Origin: Coriobacteriales bacterium
GTDB taxonomy: Bacteria > Actinomycetota > Coriobacteriia > Coriobacteriales > UMGS124
Direction: 5' to 3'
Length of the DNA stretch: 64,000 nucleotides
NCBI GenBank assembly: GCA_017515595.1
Contig: JAFWFL010000126.1
Coordinates: forward strand, 1,121-65,120
Shown: positions 8,994 through 19,304 of the stretch, in pieces
Position numbering within the stretch: the stretch's first letter is position 1
Layout of the letters: every line of letters begins with the position of its first letter
The notes under the pieces: model-generated
What the model saw: the letters and a program-made list of their open reading frames with translations, nothing else
Told to the model about the DNA's origin: nothing
The model's database searches: none
Position numbers and translations under genes: made by a program

Positions 8994-10106
8994 TTATAAC
9001 AGCGTACTTTCTACAGCATCTGCAAGCCGGGCTGCGGCCTCGCTTGCTCCGAGCGTCTTTAATCCCTCATACATTTGAGCTCTGAGCTCACTGTTATCAA
9101 CCAGCTCAAAAACCTCTTGGTCAAACTCCTCGCCGTCCAGACGGTCATCAGAAATAACTCTTGCTCCACCCGCATCTACCAGATAGCGGGCATTGGTTGT
9201 CTGGTGATCTGCCGTAGCATATGGATACGGCACCAAAAGCGACGGTACACAGCGTGCGGCAAGCTCGGCAATAGAACTGGCCCCGGCACGTGATACCACG
9301 CAGTCGGCAGCCGCAAGACAAGTCCCCATATTATCAATATAAGGCAATACGCGCCAACGGACTTCTTCCTGTGGTGTCAGCTGTAAACTCTCGAGAGCCC
9401 GCTCATAATCGCGTCTTCCCGTTGCATGAAGCACCACAAGATTCGGCCGTTCCAAAAGATTCTGCTTAAGCCTTGCAACAGCTTCGTTAATGTGCTGAGC
9501 GCCAAGGCTTCCGCCAAATATCATGAGCATGCATTCTTTCTCGTCAATCCCCAGTTCTTTACGGCTCTCTTCTCGCCTAGGAGCAAGTACTGATGCCCGT
9601 ACGGGGTTTCCGCAAACAACAATGCGGGCATTGCGCTGCGCGTGCTTAGCAAAGAACGTCTCGGTTGACGGGTAGGTAAGCGCTATTATTGCAGCATTAT
9701 GAGCCATAAGCTTATTGGCCATACCGGGAACCGAGTTTTGTTCATGCAGCACTAACGGCTTATGACAATGGGCAACGGCCCAGGCAAGAGGCATCTCAAC
9801 ATAGGCGCCAAATCCAACGGCAGCATCAGGAACACCCTGATCCCCAAACTCTTTAAGAAGCTGATCACGTGCATGAGTAATCTTGAGAATTGATTGCACG
9901 GCAGTATGAGGACGAGCTCTGTCAAACCCCGACACGTCAAGGCCGCAAAAATCTATACCCGCATCACGCACCAGCTGGCCTTCCATGCCGTGTGTTGTTC
10001 CGTAAAACCGCACGGTATGCCCGCGCTTTACAAGCTCCTCGGCTAAGGCCAATGCAGGATTCACGTGTCCCGCAGTCCCTCCGGCCGCAAGTGCAATATA
10101 ACCCAT
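8994..10106 (-). CDS. murG: UDP-GlcNAc:lipid I N-acetylglucosaminyltransferase
   Basis: AAGGTAGHVNPALALAEEL N-terminus and the GT28 C-terminal domain (GGSLGA...). Confidence 0.95.
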   Translation of the reverse strand: MGYIALAAGGTAGHVNPALALAEELVKRGHTVRFYGTTHGMEGQLVRDAGIDFCGLDVSGFDRARPHTAVQSILKITHARDQLLKEFGDQGVPDAAVGFGAYVEMPLAWAVAHCHKPLVLHEQNSVPGMANKLMAHNAAIIALTYPSTETFFAKHAQRNARIVVCGNPVRASVLAPRREESRKELGIDEKECMLMIFGGSLGAQHINEAVARLKQNLLERPNLVVLHATGRRDYERALESLQLTPQEEVRWRVLPYIDNMGTCLAAADCVVSRAGASSIAELAARCVPSLLVPYPYATADHQTTNARYLVDAGGARVISDDRLDGEEFDQEVFELVDNSELRAQMYEGLKTLGASEAAARLADAVESTLL

Positions 10107-10125
10107 ATGCCACCCCTCAAACTAC

Positions 10126-11448
10126 CTACTCACTGCTAAACTCCGGACTGCGTCCGGTCTTTTGCGACGCACCGCCCTCTACAACGCGCAATGACGGTCT
10201 GCGCCATTTATTGCTTGATATATGGCCCTCAATCACGCTTTGCTCGGCATCACGCATTATCGCGACTATAACACCCATCATAATCATACAGGCCATAATA
10301 GAAGACCCTCCTGCCGAGATAAAAGGCAAAGGACGGCCTGTCAAAGGCATAAGACGAGTCACGCTTGCGATATTAACAAATGTCTGCCAGAGAATGCATA
10401 ACACCAGACCGCTCACGGCAAAAGATGATACCAAATCATATTCACGGAGCGATCTTGCCATACGATAACCGCACCAGCCAAGCCCCAAAAAGAGAAGAAT
10501 GACAAACGTCGCGCCTACAAAGCCAAACTCCTCGGCAATAATCGCAAAAATAAAATCATTATGAGGCTCGGGAAGATAAGCATACTTTTGTGTGGAATTG
10601 CCCAGGCCTACACCCCAAAAGCCTCCCGAGGCTATAGCAAATTCGCTGTGCACAATTTGCTGTCCCAGACCATAGGTCTCGAGATTTGGGGCCAGCCACA
10701 TCTCAATGCGCGAAGACCGGTAGCTTTGCGACAGGATTAACCCTATGACCAAAGCCGCAGCTACCACAGCTAATACAATAAGAATTGAAACACGAACCTC
10801 GGCCAGAATCAAAATGCAGTAAAGTGAGAGTGCAATGATCAGAAGGGTGCCCAAATCTCTTTGTGCCGCAATGATCGCAAAAGGTATGAGCACAAATATC
10901 ACTGTCATTACAAGGAGTCTTTTTGTGGACAAAAGACCGTTGTTCCAGTCGCCCATGAGGCGCGCACAAATAAGGATAAGCAGCACCTTTGCAAACTCCG
11001 ACGGCTGTAACGACATACCAAAAAGTCTGATCCATCGCTGTGCGCCGTTTATGCTCTTGAACGCAAAACACGCCACGAGCATGGCAACCAAAATGATCCA
11101 AAGCACCAGAAGCGCCGTATTACTTGTCCAAAATGTCCCATGGGTATGTATAAGAAACGCTGCAATAATTGTTGCAATTACAATAAAAACAAGCTGGCTT
11201 TTAAACTCGGTCCATGCATCAAGGTTGTCGTTACGGGCCATCTCATTTGCAATTGATGATGCCGAGAAAACCATGATAAAGCCTATGAGCACAAGTATAG
11301 CCACAATCGCGGTAAAGATTGTAGCGGGCGAGGTAAGATACTCACGCGTCCAAAATGAATAGTGCGGTTCATCCCGGTGGCGCCAAAAACGCGCCGCCCT
11401 GGGGTCAGATGCAATTAAGTTTTTGAGGCGATTCTCTTGCCTCATCAT
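10126..11448 (-). CDS. ftsW: SEDS-family peptidoglycan polymerase FtsW
   Basis: Polytopic protein with SEDS motifs QPSEFAK, PEPHNDFIFAIIAEEFGF and LPFISAGGSS. Located in the dcw position between murD and murG. Confidence 0.92.
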   Translation of the reverse strand: MMRQENRLKNLIASDPRAARFWRHRDEPHYSFWTREYLTSPATIFTAIVAILVLIGFIMVFSASSIANEMARNDNLDAWTEFKSQLVFIVIATIIAAFLIHTHGTFWTSNTALLVLWIILVAMLVACFAFKSINGAQRWIRLFGMSLQPSEFAKVLLILICARLMGDWNNGLLSTKRLLVMTVIFVLIPFAIIAAQRDLGTLLIIALSLYCILILAEVRVSILIVLAVVAAALVIGLILSQSYRSSRIEMWLAPNLETYGLGQQIVHSEFAIASGGFWGVGLGNSTQKYAYLPEPHNDFIFAIIAEEFGFVGATFVILLFLGLGWCGYRMARSLREYDLVSSFAVSGLVLCILWQTFVNIASVTRLMPLTGRPLPFISAGGSSIMACMIMMGVIVAIMRDAEQSVIEGHISSNKWRRPSLRVVEGGASQKTGRSPEFSSE

Positions 11449-12854
11449 TACTCAACACCTTGCGCATATTCCCGCGCCCATGCTTTAAAGGTATCACCGC
11501 GCTCTTCATAACCCGAAAACTCGTCAAACGAGGAGCATGCCGGCGACAAAAGAATTGCCGCGGGAGATTTGGCATGCGCAACGGCAAGCTCACAAGCTTC
11601 GCGCATATGAGGAGCCTGTAAAAGCAAGGGATTCTCGCTATGAAGCGACCATTCACGCTCAAGAGCCTCGGTAAAGCGCCGGCTTGCTTCGCCAAAGGTA
11701 ATCACGCTTTGGCACTTTTTTTGAGCGGCACAAACAAGCTCCGAAAGGTCTGTACCCTTATCATGCCCGCCAAGGAGCAAAACAATAGAACCGGGTTCAA
11801 ACGCGTCAAGCGCTTTGAGAACCGCATCAACATTGGTGGCTTTGGAGTCATCATAAAACTTGAGCCCATCTTTTTGTGCACAAAGCTCAATACGATGTTC
11901 AAGCGGAGCAAAAGCGGCAAGCTCAGCAGCTACCTTCTGCGGCTCCGCACCCATGTGCAACGCACATGCCGCACTTGCAAGCGCGTTGAGCATGTTGTGG
12001 GGACCACGCAAAACCATCTCGTCAACGGCACAAAGCGGCGTCTCCTGGCTGTGTAAGCGTACGGTCAAAATCTTTTGATCATTTACCCAGGCAGCATCAA
12101 GCTCACGCGGAGAGGGAACACGGCCAAGGTCAATAACACGGAGACCTCTCGAACGAGCCTCACTTGCTATGGCTTGCGAAGGAGCGTCATCGCCCACAAT
12201 GCAAATGTCAGAAGAAGACATACGGGCAAACACTTGTGCCTTGTCCTGAGCATACGCTTCAAGAGAGCCGTGCCATGCTATATGATCTGGAGTAATATTC
12301 AACAATACCGCAGCTTTTGGCACAAACCGCGAAACGCTGTGAAGCTGGAAACTCGACAGCTCCGCAACAAATACCTCGTGAGGTTTACGTTCCTGCACAC
12401 ATGCTATAGGCGGAAGCCCAATGTTACCTACCGTACGGGCTTCAATCCCTGAGGCACGCAGGAGTTCACAGGTAAGTGTTGTGGTTGTGGTTTTGCCGTT
12501 TGTCCCGGTAATAGCAACCCAGTCCTGAGGGCTTTCGCGCCAGGCAAGCTCCGGCTCACTTATAAGCTCGGTACATGCTGCCTGAGCGCTTGCAAAAAAG
12601 TCGCTCACTGCCGGCAATCCCGGGCTTACAATACCCAGATCGTACGGCTTATCAAGACGCTGCTCATCCCAAATAACTTTCACACCGGCTTCCTCGAGCT
12701 TTTGAGCCCGGGCTTTGTTTTTATTGTCACAAGCGCCGGCATAAAGCTCAACTGAAGTCGCAATGCCCGGATTTGAGCATAAATAGAGCCCGGCGGCCTC
12801 AGTGCTCGCTCCCAAACCTATGAGTGCAACAGAACCGTATGATGTATCCTGCAT
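11448..12854 (-). CDS. murD: UDP-N-acetylmuramoylalanine--D-glutamate ligase
   Basis: ALIGLGAS Rossmann start and P-loop ITGTNGKTTTTTL. The track start is GTG 12866. ATG 12854 lies 8 nt after GAGGTGG. Confidence 0.92.
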   Translation of the reverse strand: MQDTSYGSVALIGLGASTEAAGLYLCSNPGIATSVELYAGACDNKNKARAQKLEEAGVKVIWDEQRLDKPYDLGIVSPGLPAVSDFFASAQAACTELISEPELAWRESPQDWVAITGTNGKTTTTTLTCELLRASGIEARTVGNIGLPPIACVQERKPHEVFVAELSSFQLHSVSRFVPKAAVLLNITPDHIAWHGSLEAYAQDKAQVFARMSSSDICIVGDDAPSQAIASEARSRGLRVIDLGRVPSPRELDAAWVNDQKILTVRLHSQETPLCAVDEMVLRGPHNMLNALASAACALHMGAEPQKVAAELAAFAPLEHRIELCAQKDGLKFYDDSKATNVDAVLKALDAFEPGSIVLLLGGHDKGTDLSELVCAAQKKCQSVITFGEASRRFTEALEREWSLHSENPLLLQAPHMREACELAVAHAKSPAAILLSPACSSFDEFSGYEERGDTFKAWAREYAQGVE

Positions 12855-12916
12855 AAATAAAACCACCTCAAAAACCTACCGTCAGACAGCGTGTCTCCTA
12901 TAACACAAAGACGGTA

Positions 12917-13966
12917 TCACCCAAACTGGAACCACAAGGCAAAACCCAGAGCCGCAAATGCAGCCGTGATAATCCAAAAACGTGTAACTACCTTGGTCTC
13001 AGCCCAACCTTTATTTTCAAAATGATGGTGCAACGGTGCCATTAAAAACACGCGTTTGCCGGTTGTCTTAAAGCTCACAACCTGTATGATGACCGAGAGC
13101 ACCTCGACAATAAATATACCGCCAATGATAAGCGAAAATACTTCTGTTTTGGTAAGCACCGCAAGCGCAGAAAACGCCGTTCCCAAAGCAAGCGAGCCGG
13201 TATCACCCATAAAGATAGATGCCGGATAGCAGTTGAACCACAAAAAACCAATACATGCACCAACACATGCAAATGCCAAAACCGCCAAAGAGCGGTCTGA
13301 CGTAGAGAATGCAACCATGCCCATAACAGCCATGCATACGGCAGAGCAACCTCCGCATAGACCGTCAAGGCCGTCGTTTAAATTAACAGCATTGGAGAAC
13401 CCGCCCATAAGCAAAAAGACAAAAATGATATAGAGCCAGGGAATGTTGATAAATCTTTCCCCAAAGGGGATATTAAACGACAAAACACCGAGATCTATAG
13501 CAAAACCGCCCGGCATAGTAACAACGGGCGACAAACCAGTCCAGTTGACCGCTCCTATTGTAAACACCAGAACAATAATACCCTGACCAATAAGTTTGGC
13601 GTGCGCCGTAAGACCCAAAGACCGGCGGTGCGCAACAGATTCAAAGTCATCAAGAAAGCCGAGAAACCCCGTAAAGATTGTCGCCGAAAGAGCAAGCACG
13701 AGCTCGGGTGTTACCGGCGCAAAAAACAGACAGCTCACAATCACCGCAAAGAGGATAACAACCCCTCCCATGGTTGGTGTGCCCTGTTTGGTCAGATGCC
13801 GCTGCGGGCCGTCAGCACGTATTTGCTGGCCAATCTTTCTATACCTCAAAAGCCTGATCCAAATAGGCATGAGCACCAGCACAACCAAGGCGCCCAAAAA
13901 CATTGCAAGAAATATCGCATATGATGGATATTGCGCTACAACGCCGCCCGTTAAGCCAATAATCAC
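12917..13966 (-). CDS. mraY: Phospho-N-acetylmuramoyl-pentapeptide transferase
   Basis: GTPTMGGV, NLNDGLDGL and FMGDTGSLALG are present. The GTG start overlaps the murF stop (GTGA). Confidence 0.95.
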   Translation of the reverse strand: MIIGLTGGVVAQYPSYAIFLAMFLGALVVLVLMPIWIRLLRYRKIGQQIRADGPQRHLTKQGTPTMGGVVILFAVIVSCLFFAPVTPELVLALSATIFTGFLGFLDDFESVAHRRSLGLTAHAKLIGQGIIVLVFTIGAVNWTGLSPVVTMPGGFAIDLGVLSFNIPFGERFINIPWLYIIFVFLLMGGFSNAVNLNDGLDGLCGGCSAVCMAVMGMVAFSTSDRSLAVLAFACVGACIGFLWFNCYPASIFMGDTGSLALGTAFSALAVLTKTEVFSLIIGGIFIVEVLSVIIQVVSFKTTGKRVFLMAPLHHHFENKGWAETKVVTRFWIITAAFAALGFALWFQFG

Positions 13967-15396
13967 AGCCCTTTCACCGCCTCAACACACTCATCGAGAC
14001 CGGTCGATCTTGATGCCTTGATAAGCACAACGTCATTTTCGCTTAAAAGCTGCCGCAAAATCGTGGTAGCATCATGTGCATTGGCAACTTCAATCACGCT
14101 GTTCTCGGGCATACCCATAAGCAAAGCAGCTTTTGCCATCTCGCGCGAAAGAGTGCCAACGCAAACAAGAATATCAATGGGTTTTGCCGCAACATAGGCG
14201 CCTACCACCGCATGGTATAAAGGCGCTCTCTCGCCGAGCTCGCCCATATCGCCCAAACAGGCAATACGACGCTTGCCCTCAAGCGAGCACAAAACATCTA
14301 TGGCAAACCTCATGGAGTCTGTATTGGCATTATACGAGTCATCAATAATGGTAAAACCACCGGCAGACTCGAGGATTTTCTGGTGGGTATTATGGGATTC
14401 GAGCGAACCGAGCGCTTCGCTTATGTGCTCGGGAGAAATCCCCAATAGATCACCCACCGCGGCTGCTGCCAGGGCATCCTTTAAATTATGAACACCCGGC
14501 ATCTTGAGATTCAACTCAAAAGACTTTCCGTCGTTTAAATACACCTGACCGTACGCACAGCCCTTCTCGTCCGAGTCAAAAGTTGGACATGATACGTCAT
14601 CTTTTACCTCGGTTCCGTAGGTAATAACGCGCACACCTGCAGGCATTGCCACTTCAGAAGAAATCCAGCCGGTAAAGTCATCTTCGCCGCACAGCACGGC
14701 ACAACTTGGATATTCCGAATCAGGTGTACTCGGCGGAAGCGCTCTGATGAGCTCAGACTTGGCAAGAGCAATGTTTTGCCTGCTCCCTAACAGGCCAATG
14801 TGCGCAATGCCGATATTGGTAATAACTCCAATGTGCGGCTTTGCCACGCGGGCTATAGCCTCTATCTCATGCATGCCGTTCATGCCCATTTCAACCACAA
14901 GAGCCTGCGCATCCAAAGGGCACGCGAGCACGGTAAGAGGGGCGCCAATGTTGCTGTTCAGGTTGCCCTTTGTTGCACTCGTCTTGAGTTCTGTCGCCAA
15001 AACACGGGCTACCATCTCTTTAGTAGTAGACTTGCCCGAGGAACCCGTAATACCAACTACCACACAGTTAAGCTGTTCACGCCACCAAAGCGCGAGTTTC
15101 TCGAGAAATTCTTGCGCATCTTCTGTCCGCACGAGTGTGGCTCCTAAAGCTGCGGCTTGTTCAAGCTCATCGCAGCTTGGCTCCCGAGACATGGCTACGG
15201 CAGCTGCACCGTTCTTAATCGCCTGAATACAGTAGGCATTTCCGTCTACCGTTTCGCCCTTAAACGCTAAAAAGAGCGACCCTTTTTGTACCTGACGAGA
15301 GTCTATACAGACTCCCTCTATTTCACAATCCTGCGATCCCACTTCTAAGGTGCAGTTCGTTATATCCATTAAGTCGTGCACGGTCGTGCGAACCAT
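13963..15396 (-). CDS. murF: UDP-MurNAc-tripeptide--D-alanyl-D-alanine ligase
   Basis: GITGSSGKSTTKEM P-loop and the MurF-type NLNSNIGAPLT motif. Confidence 0.9.
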   Translation of the reverse strand: MVRTTVHDLMDITNCTLEVGSQDCEIEGVCIDSRQVQKGSLFLAFKGETVDGNAYCIQAIKNGAAAVAMSREPSCDELEQAAALGATLVRTEDAQEFLEKLALWWREQLNCVVVGITGSSGKSTTKEMVARVLATELKTSATKGNLNSNIGAPLTVLACPLDAQALVVEMGMNGMHEIEAIARVAKPHIGVITNIGIAHIGLLGSRQNIALAKSELIRALPPSTPDSEYPSCAVLCGEDDFTGWISSEVAMPAGVRVITYGTEVKDDVSCPTFDSDEKGCAYGQVYLNDGKSFELNLKMPGVHNLKDALAAAAVGDLLGISPEHISEALGSLESHNTHQKILESAGGFTIIDDSYNANTDSMRFAIDVLCSLEGKRRIACLGDMGELGERAPLYHAVVGAYVAAKPIDILVCVGTLSREMAKAALLMGMPENSVIEVANAHDATTILRQLLSENDVVLIKASRSTGLDECVEAVKGL

Positions 15397-15462
15397 ACTG
15401 CGTCGACCTTTCTCGTTGCCAATACTACCAACACACTATCAAACACAAACTACATCGTCACA

Positions 15463-17823
15463 TCAGGTAACGGTAGGAGCAATTTGCAGCTTCTGTAACG
15501 CTGTGAGCATAATAGCAGACCAAGGCTGACCCACAACCTGAGAACCGCCCGCGGGAACATCATCTACCAAAACATATACCAATACCTGTGGGTCCTGGGT
15601 AGGTCCAAAACCAATAAAAGAAGCAGTATAACTGTCGCTCGAATAGGTTCCGGTATTGGGGTCAAGGCGCTCTGAAGTACCTGTTTTGCCTGATAATCTA
15701 TAGCCTTCTACCCTGCCTGATATACCGTAGCCGTTTTCTATAACGCTGTACATCATGTTGCCAACTTTATGTGCCGTTGCCGTTGAGATTACACGCTCGC
15801 CCGTTGAAGGTGTCACAACGTCAGAGCCTTTGGCGATTAAGAAGTGCGGCTCAACAATAATACCCTCGTTTGCGATTGCACCAATTGCCCGGGCCATCTG
15901 TACGGGTGGCACGGCGAGTCCCTGGCCAAACGACATAGAGGTCCAAGCGCCGGTATAGTCTTTTAACTTGGGAACGATTCCGTATGACTCGTCATCAAAG
16001 TCAATCCCGGTTGGCATACCAATCTTAAAACGCTCGGAATACCTCGAAAACTGCTGCGCTCCTACGCTCTCTGCCACCATAACAGCTCCGACATTACTCG
16101 AGCGCTCAAGAATATTGGTAAGCGTCATCTGAACTTCTTCTGTGCGCAGGTCAACGTCACCTACCAAGTCGGTACCTACTTCGATTTGTGCGGGAACATC
16201 ATAGACAGTTGTAGGCTCGGCTAAACCAAGCTCTACGGCCATTGCTGCCGTGATGGGTTTAAAGGTTGAACCGGGTTCATAAGCATAGCTTACGCACTTG
16301 AGCGTAGGCGAAAGAACATCGGAGTTCCTCAGGTCTGCCGGGTTCAGGTACGGGGTTGACGCACAGGCCAGAAGTTCTCCGGTTTTGCACTGCATAACGA
16401 CAACACAACCCTCACGGGCACCCCAGTCATATACTGCCTGCGCAAGCTGCTCCTGAGCTTCACGCTGAATATCAATATCGATTGAGAGAACAATGTCTGT
16501 ACCATCCTGGGCTTCATCACGGCTAATCTGCCCGCCAACAACAGCCTCGCCTGTAATGCCACGGCGTTCAATAAGAAGACCGTCAACGCCGGTCAGAATG
16601 TCATTATGACGTTTTTCTATACCGGTAAGACCGTTGCCGTCTTCATCAACCACTCCTACAACGGTTCCTGCAATGTCCTCATACGGATACTCACGCCGTG
16701 TTGTGCGAATAAACTCAATGCCGTCTATGAGAACATCGCTTCCGCTGTCATTGCGCCTGATGTTCTCTTCAATAATAAGCTGCCGCAGTTCCTCGGCAGC
16801 GCTGTAGTCAACTTTACGAGCTACTATTTGATATGTTGAGCCGGTTAGTTTTTCGTAATACTCATCAACAGTCAGATCGCTGCCAAGCTTCTTTGCCATG
16901 TTGTTGGCAATCCAGCGCGGGTCTTTGACTTTACTGGGAATGACAGCTACAGTCATGGCATCTACAGAAACAGCAAGCGCATTCCCGTTGCGATCATAAA
17001 TGGTTCCGCGATGGTGTGGCAAAACTTCCTGAGCAGTCTGATTATACGCAGCCTTTGTGGACAAAATACCCGTCATTATGCACTGATAGTAAAATAGTCT
17101 TCCTATAAGAGCTGCAAACGCAACGCCTACCATGCCGCATACAAAGTTTCTGCGGGTAACCAAATTGGTTTCTCCCCGTGCAAATGCCGCCCCCAAAAAG
17201 CTTTTAAAAACTATATATGATTTCCTGAGAGCGCTCTTTTTTGACGAGAAACTCCTGAAGTCCACACGTGGTTTACGTCTTTGTACTTGTGGGCGGGAAC
17301 CTGTTCTTTGGTCTGAACGTGTGCTTGTACGGTCATGCGAACGTGCATCTGTATGCGTACTTGTGCGGGTATTTGTTTGTGTATTCGTACGTGAGTCTGT
17401 TCGCGTACCTGTGCGAGGCCTTGCTTGATCACGCTCGGTTCGCTCACGCGTATGGGAGCGTGCTTGTGTTTGCTGACGCTGTTTTTGACGCGAAACCTGC
17501 CCCTCGGCCGTTTGGGTCCTTGTATGCGACCCTGAAGTATTACTTGATGTATTTGTCCTCGGTGTTCTTTGAGTAGACCGGGTCTTCTCTAACGGTATAT
17601 CTTTGGCAGAGGTTGACCGTGAGCTTGACCGTGAGACATTTGGTGATTTTTTGCGTGTATCACCTGTTGAACGCCTATTTTCTTTTTCAGTTTGTTCGCG
17701 TTGTCCACTCCGGGTTTCTCGGCGTGAGCGTGATGAGTCTGAAGCTTTTGTTTCGCGATTTTTACGAGTGCCGGTGCTTCGCGAAGAACGGCTGTCCGGT
17801 GTTTTTGTATCACGCGAAACCAT
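15463..17823 (-). CDS. ftsI: Class B penicillin-binding protein (FtsI-like transpeptidase) with long cytoplasmic tail
   Basis: Transpeptidase motifs STFK (EPGSTFKPITAA), SSN (ERSSNVG) and KTGT (SGKTGTSE). One TM (FVCGMVGVAFAALIGRLFYY) follows about 225 S/T/R-rich residues. Confidence 0.9.
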   Translation of the reverse strand: MVSRDTKTPDSRSSRSTGTRKNRETKASDSSRSRRETRSGQREQTEKENRRSTGDTRKKSPNVSRSSSRSTSAKDIPLEKTRSTQRTPRTNTSSNTSGSHTRTQTAEGQVSRQKQRQQTQARSHTRERTERDQARPRTGTRTDSRTNTQTNTRTSTHTDARSHDRTSTRSDQRTGSRPQVQRRKPRVDFRSFSSKKSALRKSYIVFKSFLGAAFARGETNLVTRRNFVCGMVGVAFAALIGRLFYYQCIMTGILSTKAAYNQTAQEVLPHHRGTIYDRNGNALAVSVDAMTVAVIPSKVKDPRWIANNMAKKLGSDLTVDEYYEKLTGSTYQIVARKVDYSAAEELRQLIIEENIRRNDSGSDVLIDGIEFIRTTRREYPYEDIAGTVVGVVDEDGNGLTGIEKRHNDILTGVDGLLIERRGITGEAVVGGQISRDEAQDGTDIVLSIDIDIQREAQEQLAQAVYDWGAREGCVVVMQCKTGELLACASTPYLNPADLRNSDVLSPTLKCVSYAYEPGSTFKPITAAMAVELGLAEPTTVYDVPAQIEVGTDLVGDVDLRTEEVQMTLTNILERSSNVGAVMVAESVGAQQFSRYSERFKIGMPTGIDFDDESYGIVPKLKDYTGAWTSMSFGQGLAVPPVQMARAIGAIANEGIIVEPHFLIAKGSDVVTPSTGERVISTATAHKVGNMMYSVIENGYGISGRVEGYRLSGKTGTSERLDPNTGTYSSDSYTASFIGFGPTQDPQVLVYVLVDDVPAGGSQVVGQPWSAIMLTALQKLQIAPTVT

Positions 17824-17825
17824 AG

Positions 17826-18293
17826 TTACTCAACAGCGATGTCTGCACTAACGCTCTCGAGCACTCCTGCTACTCCCCCTGCGCTTACAGAAACATTGCT
17901 GTCATTGAGAATCAGATACTCAGGTTCGTCAGAGGGAATCATGCCGTTTGCTATAGCGCAACGTGTAATACGGTCTGCGCTGCCATAGCGTGAATGAGTA
18001 ATTTCAAGCTCGTTTCCGGTAAGGCGGGCAGCCGAAAGGTCAAGACGCAACGAGGCGTTTGCATTGTTAACGGTAAAAGTTGTCGCAATAAAAGCAACGC
18101 GCACAAGACAGGCCAATGCGACCACGAGTATCATAAACGCCACGCATTTAATGATAGTCACAGTAAACGATGATACCTGGGTCTCTTGAAATACGGGACG
18201 TTTTGAATTTATGACTGAGAAACGGGCGTGATCATGATATTTTGGATACGATTCATACGCGGGGGCAGTAGAGCCGTATTCATACTGATTCAT
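17826..18293 (-). CDS. ftsL: FtsL-like septum formation protein
   Basis: 155-aa bitopic protein (TM IIKCVAFMILVVALACLV). The extracellular helix plus ...SADRITRCAIANGMIP resembles FtsL family ends. Conserved slot between rsmH and pbp. Confidence 0.7.
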   Translation of the reverse strand: MNQYEYGSTAPAYESYPKYHDHARFSVINSKRPVFQETQVSSFTVTIIKCVAFMILVVALACLVRVAFIATTFTVNNANASLRLDLSAARLTGNELEITHSRYGSADRITRCAIANGMIPSDEPEYLILNDSNVSVSAGGVAGVLESVSADIAVE

Positions 18294-18323
18294 TTTCCCA
18301 CCCCTCTATGCGTTCATCATATC

Positions 18324-19295
18324 TCAAAGCTTAATTGCGCTTCTTATCTTTGCACTGCGAGCGCGCGGATTGCGCTCAACCTCATCCTCTCCCGGGATAC
18401 GAGGTTTGTGTTCCTGAAGCTTTAATACCGGCACGCAACCGCATACGCACACAGGCAATCCGGGAGGGCATGTACATGTTTGTGAATACTTTTTAAAGCA
18501 TTCTTTGGTAATGCGATCCTCGAGCGAGTGATAACTAATGACACAGATTCGTCCACCGGGGTTAAGCCAGCGAACCGCCGCTTCCAGGCCTTCTCTGAGG
18601 GCATCCATTTCATGGTTTACCTCAATTCTTATTGCCTGGAATGTCTTTTTGGCGGGATGGTGTCCTGTGCGTCTGGCAGACGCGGGAATCGCCTTTTTAA
18701 TAATGTCAACCAGTTCAAATGTTGTCTCTATGGGTTTGTTTTCTCTTTCGACAACAATAAAATGTGCTATGCGGCTTGCCCATTTTTCTTCACCATAGGT
18801 GCGAATTATCCGGGTGAGGTCGGCTTCGGTATAGTGGTTTATGACCTCTCGTGCGTTTAATGTTTGTTTCCCCGGATCCATCCGCATGTTGAGCGGGGCG
18901 TTCTCATGGTACGAAAAACCCCTCGAAGGAATATCTAACTGTGGAGAACTGACACCCAGGTCGAACAGAAAACAGTCGACGCCGGGTACCTCTGCTTTTT
19001 GAAGCAAGCTGTCAAGTTCGGAGAAGTTACCCTTGAGCTGGAGAGACGCGACTTCCGGAGCAGCCGTCTTGATGCGTGATGCAGCAACTTCCAAGGCAAG
19101 ATCATCTTGGTCGATGCCAATGAGCAATCCGGACGGGCTGATGCGTTTCGCCAGCTCAAGGGAGTGTCCGGCGCCACCGAGTGTACAATCACACACAATG
19201 TCGCCCTCACTTGGAGCCAATGTCTCCAAAACCTCCTGAACCATAACGGGTTCGTGCCGGTATTCTGCTATCAAAGAACTGTCTGTCTCTGCCAC
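18324..19295 (-). CDS. rsmH: 16S rRNA (cytosine1402-N4)-methyltransferase
   Basis: HEPVMVQEVLE, CTLGGAGHS and DLGVSSPQLD are present. GTG start 5 nt after AAGGAG. Confidence 0.95.
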   Translation of the reverse strand: MAETDSSLIAEYRHEPVMVQEVLETLAPSEGDIVCDCTLGGAGHSLELAKRISPSGLLIGIDQDDLALEVAASRIKTAAPEVASLQLKGNFSELDSLLQKAEVPGVDCFLFDLGVSSPQLDIPSRGFSYHENAPLNMRMDPGKQTLNAREVINHYTEADLTRIIRTYGEEKWASRIAHFIVVERENKPIETTFELVDIIKKAIPASARRTGHHPAKKTFQAIRIEVNHEMDALREGLEAAVRWLNPGGRICVISYHSLEDRITKECFKKYSQTCTCPPGLPVCVCGCVPVLKLQEHKPRIPGEDEVERNPRARSAKIRSAIKL

Positions 19296-19304
19296 AACGA
19301 CTCC

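Noticed and set aside
15397-15462. Looked for a murE remnant between pbp and murF
   Set aside because: The gap is only 66 nt and has no coding potential, so murE is absent from this locus rather than decayed here.
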